Assembly: GCA_964016885.1 (NCBI GenBank)
Contig: OZ024742.1
Span: forward strand, 112,902,001-112,966,000
Direction: 5' to 3'
Length of the DNA: 64,000 nt
Source of the DNA: Eledone cirrhosa
Taxonomy: Eukaryota
The notes under the pieces were generated by a model that had not been told where the DNA came from, searched no databases, and saw nothing but the letters and a program-made list of their open reading frames with translations. Every line of letters starts with the position of its first letter. Position 1 is the stretch's first letter. The translations under genes were made by a program, and so were the position numbers. Below are positions 27,503 through 40,759 of this stretch, piece by piece.

Positions 27503-27509
27503 TATATAT

Positions 27510-28407
27510 AAGTGGTTACACAACAGTTAGTTCATTAGTTCACCATACCTAGAATAATTGTTTCACCTTAGCGGATCCTCAGCCCGTAATGGACATGGTT
27601 ATACGGAACAGGAAGGACAACCGTACAAACGCGCATGCGCAGCAACGGTCACTTCACACAGGCAATGCTGCATTGCGTGCGTGAGTTTTAAGGGAGATAA
27701 CTGCGAAAGTCCGAAAGTTTCTTGTTGATAAGAAAATTAGGATGTTGTTGTAATTCAATCCGGAACTTTGTAGTTATGTAAGATGTGTTTCGAGACGTGG
27801 GGACAACGCGTGAAGTATTCATTACTTGTGTTTAAGTAATCACTTTTGTGAAATCTCTTTCGAATATTTATTCGTTCATCAATACATAATCCGCACGACG
27901 GATTGGCCCTTGCGTATGGCTTGGAATTAGTGATGGCTTTCCATTGGATGGAGTAGTCTATACTTATAGACCTTGAGGGACCATACTTGGCTCGTGAGTT
28001 TCGTGGATGAACGTCTGTCCGGGAACCTAAATGTCGACTGGTGGTTCAGGAAGCGTTCCTTAAATCGGCCCTCCGCCATACCCACATAGGATTTGACCTC
28101 CTCTGTTTAATTTGGTCGGTTGGAATTGACCACAGCTTCATAAATTGCAGCAAGTGTGTTGCATTGCTGTTGAAGGGGACAAGCTTCGGGCTTACGCAAA
28201 AGCACACTGGTGGAGTGTTGCTCTTGGGGCTGTTGGTGATGTGGGCCTTCATGTTCTTAGCGCAGGAGTATCCTAGTTTTACTTTATGTCGGTTAAAGAT
28301 GGAGCGGTATTTATCACCTATGTAAAAGTGTCTATCTAAGAGGGCTAGACATGTTTTGCCTACATTAGTTTTACCGTTGAGTGAGAAACGAGGAGAGAAC
28401 CAATGTA
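27510..28407 (-). mobile_element. 3' fragment of a Hydra-like PLE
   Basis: WFSP.FS...KTNVGK...IFNRHKVKLGYSC..NM; CFC...CPL...AIYEAVV...YVGMAEGRFKERFLNH; CGLC. Confidence 0.88.
27543..27592 (-). ncRNA. Minimal hammerhead motif, partly decayed
   Basis: ccattacggg CTGAGGA t cc gctaa gg t GAAA caatta TT ctaggtatgg. Confidence 0.6.
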
Positions 28408-28793
28408 GCAAGTATTGTCCAACCGTATACCAATGTGGTTCTATGGCAGGTTAATAAATTAACAAGCAAGAACATATAAAATCAAGGTTTAGCAAATAGA
28501 GAAAAAGTTTAAAATAAATTTTAAAAAGTTCACTGTACTTACTATATGTGCCTTTACCGCGCGGTTTCAAACACCAAAATAATAATCTCCCCTAAGTTTG
28601 AGATAACTTTTGGTCGTTTGAACTGCTGCTATTTCTAGTAGCAGGACATTGACCTCTCCGCCCTGCCTTTTGTCTTTACACACGGCACTAGACAATATTG
28701 TTTCTTTCATCATTCACTCTCATTCGGGAACTGTTTGTATGTCACCAGTTTGTGATTTGAACTCACGAATTTTATATTCTCCGAGCGAAAAAA

Positions 28794-28878
28794 GCCTTCA
28801 GACGAGAATCCCCTTTCTCAATGGAAATCCGCTTGGATTATTTATTTATTTTGGGGTTTGAAACCGCGCGGTAAAGGC
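28794..28878 (+). ncRNA. Type I hammerhead (U4A core change)
   Basis: gcctt CAGACGA gaatccc...ggggttt GAAA ccgcgcgg TA aaggc. Confidence 0.7.
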
Positions 28879-29278
28879 ACATATATTAAGTACAGTTAAC
28901 TTTTTAAAATTTATTTTAAAACTTTTTCTCTAATTGCTAAACCTTGATTTTATATGTTCTGGCTTTTTAATTTATTAACCTGCCATACAACCACATTGTC
29001 ATACGGTTAGACAATACTTGTATCCCTAATTGAATTGTTTACACGTTGGAACACATACTTTATTATTAATCTCCTATAAGGTTGAGATAACATTTGGTCG
29101 TTTGAAATGCTGCTATTTCTAGTAGCAGGGCGTTGACCTGTCCGCCCTGCCTTTTGTCTTTACACACGGCACTAGACAAGATGGTTTCTTTCATTATTCA
29201 CTCTCATTGGGGAACAGTTTTGTATGGCGCCAGTTTTTGATTTGAACTCGCGAATTTTAAATTGTCCGAGCGAGAAAA

Positions 29279-29363
29279 GCCTTCTGACGAAAATTCCCTT
29301 TCTTAATGGACACCCGCAGGAATTATCTATTTATTTTGGAGTTTGAAACCGCGCCGTAAAGGC
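29279..29363 (+). ncRNA. Type I hammerhead (intact core, one stem III change)
   Basis: gcctt CTGACGA aaattcc...ggagttt GAAA ccgcgccg TA aaggc. Confidence 0.75.
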
Positions 29364-29459
29364 ACATATAGTAAGTACAGTGAACTTTTAAAATGTATTT
29401 TAAAATTGTTCTCTATTTGCTAGACCTTGATTTTATATATATACACACACATATATATT

Positions 29460-30360
29460 CTGTAAAACTAGAAACGTAGTCTATAGCATAAGATGTACAG
29501 AGGGTACTTGCAGAAACATGACAACAACATACATAGGCGAGACAGCTCGTAGCATAGGTGAAAGGATAGACCAACACCGGGGGGAACTAAAAGGACGAAA
29601 AAACGGGTCAGTACTATAAGAACATGCCAGACAACAACACGACGGTAACATAGACAACATAGAAATTAGAATAATATCTAAACATAAAAATGACCCAGCA
29701 GATAGGCAAATAAGAGAGGCCTGTGAAATAGAACTCAGAAGGTCAAGGCTAAACAGAGAAAATGAATGGAATAACAACAATACCCAAACAAACAAAACTG
29801 ACCTAAGAGAAGTATAAATAAATAAAAAAAATAGATAAATAAATAAATACATACACAATCACAATAACAACAAACACATAAACACACACTAGTAAAGATA
29901 GAATACATTAACCAATACACAGTCACACAATCACGAACACACATCAAACAAAACACTATACACACACGCAAACGCATGCGCAAAGAAGACAACAAACATA
30001 GACAAATAAATAAATATATAAACAGACTAAATAAAGATGGCGTAGGAAATACAATGCAACGGGAGGAAACAATAGCACCACTGACGATGTTGCAGATGTG
30101 CAACGAAAGAACTTTGATAAACTATATATATGTGTTTGTGTCTATATTATATCTGTATTATTTGTGACCGTTGGTCAGTCAATGGCAACATTAATGACAG
30201 AATAAATTAAATTAACCGATATACAAGACACAGAAGCGAAAAGCGAAAACCAACCAAACAGTGAGTGTGTTCTGTTATTAATTCTGGCAATATTACACAA
30301 GTATGACCCTCCCCATATATACCTTTCGATCATTCTTATTTCAAAGAAATTTTGCAGCAT
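29460..30360 (+). mobile_element. 5'-truncated copy of the PLE A family (endonuclease end and pLTR)
   Basis: Matches 6231-7120; premature TAA in the endonuclease. Confidence 0.92.
30076..30118 (+). ncRNA. Hammerhead motif of the PLE A family
   Basis: cacca CTGACGA t gttgca gatg tgcaac GAAA gaac TT tgat. Confidence 0.6.
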
Positions 30361-30363
30361 ATA

Positions 30364-30406
<43 letters not shown>

Positions 30407-30540
30407 TACTAGGGAGAGGATCAGGGGTGTATAATACTCCACTTATCCAACAGGCAGTATAAGGTTAGCTCGATGTCTGAGGACAGAGCCGTGATATAAT
30501 CAATAACAAAGAACGCCTATAGCATATGCATATCTTTACT

Positions 30541-30586
30541 TGCTAACATTGTTTCATCCGCACTATAAGTGGGACTCATCAGAGCA
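30541..30586 (-). ncRNA. Minimal hammerhead in the inverted arm
   Basis: Reverse complement of 34162-34207. Confidence 0.78.
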
Positions 30587-31960
30587 TAAAGGTTAATTAC
30601 ATACCACACAAGCAATAACAAATCCAAGACATTGAAGAAATAAAGAATGAAAAATAATAAAAGATAAAAGATATTGAGGAAGTAAAAATAAAAATAAAAA
30701 TAAAAATAAACATTGAAAAATAAACAATGAAAAATAATTGAAAAATAAGGGGTGCTATCAGTCACAGTTGGGCGGGGTGCTGTCAACATATAGTTACATA
30801 CAAGCATACAAATGGATAAGAGAACAGACAAGAATAGATAAGATAGATAGGATTAGGTAAGAGTAGATAAAAAATAGGTGAAAAATAGGTAAAAAATAGA
30901 CTTATAATATATATAAGAAAATATAAAAAAACATACATATAAAATATAAAATATACAGATAATAGTGATACAGGGTAAGGAATGAAATAAAATAGAATAA
31001 AATAATATAAAATTAAAATTAAAATTATATAAAATAGAATATAATATAATATAATAATAAAATAAGATAAAATAAAATAAAATAAAATAAACTAAAATAA
31101 AATAAAATAAACTAAAATAAAATAATATAATATAAGATATCATTAAATAAATAAAATTAAATAAATAAAATTAAATAAAATGAAATGAAGTAAAATAAAA
31201 TAAAATAAAATAAAATAAAATAAAGTAAATTGAGATAAGATATATATTTTTTTAGAATATATTTCTTGAATATATCAGGGGCCCACGAAGGCACTAAGTG
31301 TCACAGTTATCAGTATCACTTGACCATTGCAATGCAATGGAGACGTCCCAGGTTGGGCAGTCTCAAAAGTTCACTCGAAAGTCACGGGTGTGCATTCGCA
31401 CAGTTGAGCGGTGGGGTAATCACAAACCGGTTCACACCCGGGCAGGAGTCCAATGGTCAACAGAGGTACATCGAAGGAAGGTAGGAGAATTCACGTGCAG
31501 CAGCAAGAGGCAGACAGGTGGGCCGAAAGCAAGCAGGTGCAGGCGGGCTAGCCGAAAGCAAGCAGACACAGTTGGGTCAGGCGGGTTAATATGCATACTC
31601 AACAGCGCATACAAAAGATATATAAAAAATAAAAGATATATAAAAAATAGCTTCAAGAGCCAATATCATGAAGTCACCGCATTGGGACATCTCAAGATTA
31701 TACACACCAATATGTTCAGCACGTATCTGCACATATACATACCACATGCATATGCAGAGACGGTATACATATATATATATTTTTATATACAGACATATAC
31801 AACCACCTACACCCATACACATATAAATGTATACACAGACACACACGCACAGACACACAGCGTAGGACACCCGGGTCAAAGCTGATATTAAACACAGAAA
31901 TACCACATTAGGCAAGACCCACCACCACCACGGATAATACATTCAAAATAAATACATACA

Positions 31961-32122
31961 AATCCATATACTCCTCATAATAGAGTATGTAACATATGCC
32001 TTGCAGAATCCCACTCTATTATATTTGCTAAATGCCCTCTACTAAACAGAAAGTCAGAAATATTTTCCTCTTGCCCCCACCGAATATTAAGCTCTTTCTT
32101 CTACTTTAAACCTATTAGCTAG
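31961..32122 (+). pseudogene. C-terminus of a Hydra-like GIY-YIG endonuclease (absent from the ORF track)
   Basis: NPYTPHNRVCNICLAESHSIIFAKCPLLNRKSEIFSSCPHR...stop. Confidence 0.85.
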
Positions 32123-34161
32123 CACTTCCTTAATTCTCCAGTTGGGCTATCTTGTGTAACTGTCTCTTATTGTGTGTAACTGTCTCCTATTGTTTGTCTT
32201 CTATGTATATGAGTCAGTGAGTGCATACGTATGCCTGCGGGAGAATATTGATCTGGATATTGCGGTGTACAGGTGAGTGGGTGTGTATGTTAATAAGCAC
32301 CCCTGTTTGGCACAGCGGATGTAACCAATCCACGTTCGCCTACCCACCATTGGTGCATTGGTGGGTCTATCCCGACGTGTATCTTGCGGATCTGTACCTC
32401 TGTATGCGCATGAGTTATGATGTAATGTATCTATGTAGAGCGTGTACTGTGATATAGGCTGCACAAATAGAAATTTAGCCTGTAACTGTGGGCGGACCTG
32501 TGCCATCTCGCCGTAAGCAGTAGACACGTGGCACATGTACGTGTTGCCCTCCTATTCTGTGGTTTAAGATCTACAGGTTGACTTCTGGGAGCTCTTGCCC
32601 GGGGTTGTAGTCTTTCTAGCACGATTGGCCTTCCATATATTGAGGGTCGTTGTTATTATCCCGAAAGTAACGTTTTGGCCCCGATAGCCCTCCGTAGTTA
32701 CTAACGGTCTGTGTACACTTGAATCGGGCAATGGCACGTGCGGACATGATTATCTCCGTAGGATTTCAATTTGATTTATTTTACTGCATCTCATCGTATG
32801 TATTTATTTTGAATGTATTATCCGTGGTGGTGGGTCTTGCCTAATGTGGTATTTCTGTGTTTAATATCAGCTTTGACCCGGGTGTCCTACGCTGTGTGTC
32901 TGTGCGTGTGTGTCTGTGTTTACATTTATATGTGTATGTGTGTAGGTGGTTGTATATGTCTGTATATAAAAATATATATATATGTATACCGTCTCTGCAT
33001 ATGCATGTGGTGTGTATATGTGCATATACGTGCTGAACATATTGGTGTGAATAATCTTCAGATGTCCCAATGCGGTGACTTCATGATATTGGCTCTTGAA
33101 GCTATTTTTTATATATCTTTTATTTTTTATATATCTTTTGTATGCGCTGTTGAGTATGCATATTAACCCGCCTGACCCAACTGTGTCTGCTTGCTTTCGG
33201 CTAGCCCGCCTGCACCTGCTTGCTTTCGGCCCACCTGTCTGCCTCTTGCTGCTGCACGTGAATTCTCCTACCTTCCTTCGATGTACCTCTGTTGACCATT
33301 GGACTCCTGCCCGGGTGTGAACCGGTTTGTGATTACCCCACCGCTCAACTTTGTGAATGCACACCCGTGACTTTCGAGTGAACTTTTGAGACTGCCCAAC
33401 CTGGGACGTCTCCATTGCATTGCAATGGTCAAGTGATACTGATAACTGTGACACGTGGTGCCTTCGTGGGCCCCTGATATATTCAAGAAATATATTCTAA
33501 AAAAATATATATCTTATCTCAATTTACTTTATTTTATTTTATTTTATTTTATTTTACTTCATTTCATTTTATTTAATTTTATTTATTTTATTTTATTTAT
33601 TTAATTATATCTTATATTATATTATTTTATTTTAGTTTATTTTATTTTATTTTAGTTTATTTTATTTTATTTTATTTTATCTTATTTTATTATTATATTA
33701 TATTATATTCTATTTTATATAATTTTAATTTTAATTTTATATTATTTTATTCTATTTTATTTCATTCCTTACCCTGTATCACTATTATCTGTATATTTTA
33801 TATTTTATATGTATGTTTTTTTAATATTTTCTTATATATATTATAAGTCTAATTTTTACCTATTTTTCACCTATTTTTTATCTACTCTTACCTAATCCTA
33901 TCTATCTTATCTATTCTTGTCTGTTCTCTTATCCATTTGTATGCTTGTATGTAACTATATGTTGACAGCACCCCGCCCAACTGTGACTGATAGCACCCCT
34001 TATTTTTCAATTATTTTTCATTGTTTATTTTTCAATGTTTATTTTTATTTTTATTTTTATTTTTACTTCCTCAATATCTTTTATCTTTTATTATTTTTCA
34101 TTCTTTATTTCTTCAATGTCTTGGATTTGTTATTGCTTGTGTGGTATGTAATTAAACTTTA

Positions 34162-34207
34162 TGCTCTGATGAGTCCCACTTATAGTGCGGATGAAACAAT
34201 GTTAGCA
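34162..34207 (+). ncRNA. Minimal type I hammerhead
   Basis: tgct CTGATGA gtcc cact tat agtg c ggat GAAA caatg TT agca. Confidence 0.8.
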
Positions 34208-34247
34208 AGTAAAGATATGCATATGCTATAGGCGTTCTTTGTTATTG

Positions 34248-34395
<148 letters not shown>

Positions 34396-34396
34396 A

Positions 34397-34429
<33 letters not shown>

Positions 34430-35744
34430 GCGACATCTGAACATACACAATATGCAACACTCAAATTGGAAACAAGAACGAAATGAGACATCATTGTATT
34501 ATTTGGACGGGTCTTTTACATGCTTCAGGACTCAAAGGCTATGTGAAATATCATTCAAGGATGGACAGTCATAAAGTCCAAGAATTGGTCAATCTTTATA
34601 TGGACAAGGCGACCTTCATACATCTATATTCATATATGTATATATAATCCATATGAAATCCGTATGAATGGTTTACGACAAAATAAGCTTGTTTTATCAC
34701 CACGTCAGGAAGCTGGCTGGGCATAGGAATTCGTTTATCATAACGCATATTGCTGTGTAGAAAATGACTTTCAAGATCCAAATCCATTTTGACCATGGTA
34801 AAATTTACCTCTATTTACTTTTTGTTTCTGTTTCTGTTGCTTCATTTGAGATTAATTATTTACACATGACATTTATCAGCGCAAATGTTACTGGAGATTG
34901 CTGTTCTAACATTAGGTACCTTGTCCTTCACATTGAGATGAGTTTCATATGGTAGTTCTAGATTCTACCCCATACGAAATCTAGAGCTGATTTGGAGAAT
35001 GAATTTTCAAACAAGAACAAACATCACCAGACGAAATATGTCAAGCGATAAAGTATACACAATTAATAATACGGAAAGTTGCTCAAGGTGCAATTTGTAT
35101 TCTGAGGACAGTGTTCTCATGCAAAGCACTATTTTATATTGTCTAACAACTCTATAGTTTCATGTATGTTATCCTGTTCTGCTTTACAGTATGCAAGGTC
35201 TTTCCGAATGAAGCTGCAAAATAAAATATGAATAGTGTGACAAATACAATCGTTACACGATTTCCTTAAAGATGTAAAGCAAGCACCATTTATACTTGAC
35301 ATGCTATCTCAATATACGATATATTGTTTATATATTGCAATCTGTAGCGATAAGGCATTTAATCAAGATAATACAATGTGACACAATAACATGGATAAGA
35401 ATGGGGTTTGTTAATATACTTTCAATATACGAACAAAGTGGTGAAAGGCTAGAATTGTCATTTTTTTTATTGTATTATCAGTAAAAGATAATACATATGA
35501 ATTGAACAAAATATATTGGGGGTGTTGACGAGTATCAACACATTTGAAAACTATAACTCTGTGCTAAGTCACAATTTTTGATTTCTGATCAGACGTTGAT
35601 AAGAGACAAGCTTTGTGGTGGAACCAGGTTAAAAGAAACGTAAAATGTAAGTTTAGAACATCTATGTAAATAGTAACGTTAATGTAACATTAAATAATAT
35701 ATTTTTTTTGTAAATCACACATTCAAAGGATATTTTAAATCTGG

Positions 35745-36101
<357 letters not shown>

Positions 36102-36285
36102 AAAATGTAAGTAGAGAATCATATAGGATAGATTATAATTGACAGTTTGTTCCTGGTCTAGCTCATTGGGTTAATATATTTGAGGAACCATTGAGAAAGG
36201 TAGATGTACATGGACGTTTAACTCTCTCGAATCACGTATAAGGAATGGAAAATGAATTTAATTTGTTCATTCTATATATTTGAAT

Positions 36286-36351
<66 letters not shown>

Positions 36352-37039
36352 TGTATGTATTTGTGTGCTTCCGTATTGTACGTATAACATACATATTCGG
36401 GTTTGTATGGATATTAGCGTGAGCGTTCATGCGTGATAATGTTTTTCAAACTAAGTGAGCTCTATACGAAATATACACTGTCTAAAAAATGTATAACATT
36501 GTTAGAGTAACAATCTATTACTATTAAATCCAAGGATTGTGCCATCGATTTGGTCCATCCGATATTTATATTGATGTTATATTATAATGCCGAATTTAAA
36601 ATGACCAACATTTATTTCAAACATTTGCGTCTTCATTTAATCTTTAGTTAATGGAGTTAGATTGAGCTGTTTGGCGTTTAGGGAATAACTGATGTGACAC
36701 AATAACATGGATAAGAATGGGGTTTGTTAATATCGCTTAATGTTAAGCTATACCTACACCACCAAAATAATTTAGAATGTTCACTAGACCATTAAATCGA
36801 AATATTACATGTTATATCATTGTTCCGGTTATTTTCCGTATTATTCGATATACATATGCATTCATAACTGAAAGGCTCACGGTTTCAACATGTTTGGACA
36901 TTGATTGACTACGCCGTTTGCATGAGCAGATAGGCGTATCACATCTCGTCGAAACCAACAGCGGCAACTTTGTGATATATATATATATATATATAAGATA
37001 ACAGGAGGCTGGACTGGTGTAAATCATTGAAAGGTTTAT

Positions 37040-37099
37040 TATAATATGATCATTTCAATGACCGGCTACCATATGAATCCGGTGATATCATCAGGTATT
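37040..37099 (-). ncRNA. Hammerhead motif with decayed stem I; sister copy 40237-40296 (+) has CTGCTGA
   Basis: aatac CTGATGA tatc accgg...ccggt catt GAAA tgatca TA; ATGATCAT palindrome. Confidence 0.55.
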
Positions 37100-38194
37100 G
37101 GAATATAAAAAAGGAATATGTAAAAACCATGGGTCCGAAAAATAGGAGACGGAGACAAAGAGTAAAACTGAGACAAAGAGTAAAACTGACCAACTAGCTT
37201 TTTTCACCTTGGCCAGTCGCCCTCAACGTGCTGGCAACTCAATCTACTAATGACAATCCCGTGAGGGGTGAAGGCTTTTAATGCACTACTACCTATCCGT
37301 CAAAGAAAAAGAAAGAAATGAAGAAAGAAGAAAAGAGGAAGAAAGAAGTCAGCCTAAAGGTCACACTACAGTCATGCTAGAAAACACCGCGAAAAATGCT
37401 ACTCGAAAGAATCTATATTTAACAAAGGCATATATAATGGATGTCTGTATGGTCTAATGTGTGAACCGAAAATTGGAACGTTACACTTATGCTACGAGTT
37501 ATAGGATGAAATTAAATTTTAAAATATTAAATTGCAAAATGATAAATTGAAAAATATATTATTAGAAAATTAAAGGTTAAGGTAGCGAAATTTATATAAT
37601 GAACTTACAGAGAGAGTCTCATATGAAAAAGTTAATCTTGATAAGATATCAGGATGGGATATAGAGTAAAGATTTCGATTATGAATCTCAGCCAGCGCCT
37701 CCTAACCACTAGTTAGCTAGTTACAAGTGGTATCGTACAGCGAAATAAATGGAAATTCTTTTTGCAGAGTACTCTAGGAACGTAGCTACCTTAGGCCCTG
37801 GGAGTTCTAGCGGGAGAGCTACAATTTCGACAGGCCATCGTCTATACCAAACGTATATTATTAATTCACACATGAGGGGTTTATTTACGTGCCAGTAGAG
37901 GCATGATTCAGCTAACAGTTATGCCTAAGCCTGGGGGTTATAGGTATAAGTATAATATGGCGGCCAAAACAGGCGGCGCGGTGGGACCGGGGCAAAGCAA
38001 TTCGCTCCGAGTAATTTCGTTTACCGAAAGAGGGGAAATTTATTTTTCCAAGCACTTTCCGAGTGCCCAGCGCGCAGCCGGGAAAAGCAATCACTTAAGT
38101 CGAAGGTAATACTCTCCACAATATTACACGAAGATTGACCATACGGAATGATCACTTCTATCCAGTGGTGAACCAACAAACCTAAATAAATAAT

Positions 38195-38374
38195 TGTTTC
38201 TATTTTTAGGCACAAGGCCAGCAAATACCCAGTCCATTAGTGGTACTTTATTTTATCGACCCCTTAAAGATGAAAGGCAAAGTTAACCTCTGTGGGATTT
38301 GAACTCAGATCATAAAGGGACGTAACTATATGCTTCAAAGCACGGTGTCCAACTCTCTGCCGATACTACCAATC
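38195..38374 (-). mobile_element. tRNA-derived SINE (Nin/Deu-like domain) with 16-bp TSD
   Basis: B-box gagttcaaatccc; gcctttcatc...gggtcgataaaataaagtacc; TSD aacctaaataaataat at 38179 and 38375. Confidence 0.85.
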
Positions 38375-38860
38375 AACCTAAATAAATAATGCTCAAATAA
38401 TGTTGAGCACTTCCAAATGTAATATTGAACAGCGGCACTGAGTTCAGTGTACAGCTATTGCCAGCATGGGATTAACTGATCTACTTACCATTCGGATTTT
38501 GGCTGTTCTGTGCTTTATCTAGCACGTACCCGATACTACTTGCTTGTCGGGAAGATTCAGATTCCGACAAAACTCTACGTATTATACTAAAACATGTATT
38601 GCATTGACTGAATTCTCTACTCTTTACATCAGGACATGTTTGTGACTCACACTCAATTCGGAGACCTGAACTTTACACTAGGTACCACCTGTTACCATTC
38701 CATCTCTTCCATCCTCTATATCTATATGTACAACCTGTATTATCTTACTACAACTTGATCTATATTATATTTCCCCTTTACTGTGACTCCTCCGATACGT
38801 TCTTATATGCTTCCGTCTTACTACATCCCTAGTTATTTACTTTTATTATTTTTTTATTGG

Positions 38861-39018
38861 ACCCCATGCTTTCCACCATAGTTACGTCCCTTTACGGTCT
38901 GAGTACACATCCCACCGAGGTTGACTTTGCCTTTCATCCTTACGGGGTCGATAAAATAAAGTACCAGTAATGTACTGGGTCATTGCTGGCCTTGTGCCTA
39001 AAGTAGAAACAATTATTT
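38861..39018 (+). mobile_element. Same SINE family, 5'-truncated
   Basis: gactttgcctttcatccttacggggtcgataaaataaagtaccagt. Confidence 0.85.
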
Positions 39019-40559
39019 TCTTATTAATTTATTAATGTATTTGTATCAATGTATTTATTATCTTTGTATTTATCTTTGTATCCTGCTTTTATTATTTTTT
39101 CGTAACTTTCCTTACTCAGGTCATTATGCACCTTTCATAACCCCTACCCACCAAAGAACCACGCTACTTATAACCCGGACTAACTGGAACTTTAAAATAA
39201 TTATGGTCTATTTGCACTTTTTATTGGGTTCCTACCTTCGACTTATGTGGTTGCTTTTCCCGGCTGCGCGCTGGGCACTCGGAAAGTTCAGCATTCCTTG
39301 AGTGCTTGGAAAAATAAATTTCCCCTTTTTCGGTAAACAAAATTACTCGGAGCGAATTGCTTTGCCCCGGTCCCACCGCGCAGCCTGTTTTGGCCGCCAT
39401 ATTATACTTATATCTATAAACTACAGACTTAGGCATAACTGTTAGCTGTATCATGCCTCTACTGGCACGTAAATAAACCCCTCATGTGTGAATTAATAAT
39501 ATACGTTTGGTATAGACGATGGCCTGTCGAAATTGTAGACTTCCCGCTGGCACTCCCGGGGCCAAAGGTATCTACGTTCCTAGAGTACTCTGAAAAATGA
39601 ATTTCCATTTCTTTCGCTGGACGATTCTACTCGTAACTGGCTGACTACTGGTTAGGAGGTGCTGGCTGAGATTCACAATCGAAATCTTTACTCTATATCC
39701 CATCCTGATATCTTATCGACATTAACTTTTTCATATAAGACTCTCTGAAAGTTCATTTTATAAATCTCACTACCTTAACCTCTAATTTTCTAATAATTTA
39801 TTTTTCAATTTATCATTTCGCAATTTATTATGTTTTAATTTAGTTTCATCCTATAACTCGTAACATAAGTTTAACGTTCCAATTTTCGGTTCACACATTT
39901 GACCATACAGACACCCATAATATATGCATTTGTTAAATATAGATTTTTGGAGTAGCATTTTTCGCGTCGTTTTCTAGCATGACTGTAGTTTTACCCTTAC
40001 GCTGACTTCTTGCTTCCTCTTTTCTTCTTTCTTCCTTTCTTTCTTTTTCTTTGACGGATAGGTGGTAGTGCATTATACGCCTTCACCCCTCACAGGGTGG
40101 TCATTACTAGATTGAGTTGCCACCACTTTGAGGGCGACTGGCCAAGGTGAAAGCAGCTAGTTGGTCAGTCGTCCTCTTTGTCTCTGTCTCTGATTTTTCG
40201 GGCGCATGGTCTTTACATATTCCTTTCTAATATTTCAATACCTGCTGATATCACCGGATTCATATGGAACCCGCTCATTGAAATGATCATAGAATAATAA
40301 ACCTTTCAAGGATTTACACCAGTCCAGCCTCTCGTTATTTTATTTATAATTAACTCCGTATTCGCAACACCAACTACACAAACGAAGACGGGTGAACTGC
40401 ATTATCTTGAGTACTCTCCACAATATTACATCAATATTGACCATACGGAATGACCAATTCTATCCAGTGGTGTACTAACAAACCTAAAGAAATATATATA
40501 TATATATATATATGAATAAATTAGTCCTTCATCAGTGATCTTCCAACCTTCATTGATAT

Positions 40560-40759
40560 NNNNNNNNNNNNNNNNNNNNNNNNNNNNNNNNNNNNNNNNN
40601 NNNNNNNNNNNNNNNNNNNNNNNNNNNNNNNNNNNNNNNNNNNNNNNNNNNNNNNNNNNNNNNNNNNNNNNNNNNNNNNNNNNNNNNNNNNNNNNNNNNN
40701 NNNNNNNNNNNNNNNNNNNNNNNNNNNNNNNNNNNNNNNNNNNNNNNNNNNNNNNNNNN
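40560..40759. other. Assembly gap (200 N)
   Basis: Run of N. Confidence 1.

Larger units (their letters stand above)
28408..29437 (+). repeat. Second non-coding HHR tandem (485-bp period) with an inverted 5' partial copy; retrozyme-like
   Basis: Units start at 28585 and 29070; 28408-28585 is the reverse complement of ~28836-29020. Confidence 0.82.
37000..40490 (+). mobile_element. Non-coding PLE-like element with ~1.1-kb inverted duplication (37003-38107 vs 39232-40333) and ~78-bp direct terminal repeat (38110-38187, 40412-40488)
   Basis: Mirrored ORFs at 37903 (+) and 39221 (-), HHR motifs in both arms, two nested SINEs. Confidence 0.75.

Noticed and set aside
31298-33454. Mirrored 195-aa ORFs as a duplicated gene
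   Set aside because: They are antisense to a PLE 3' UTR, duplicated by the inversion, with no domain motif.
34490-34595. Possible Tc1 transposase trace (IIW...ASG...MDSHK)
   Set aside because: Too short and divergent, with no TIRs.
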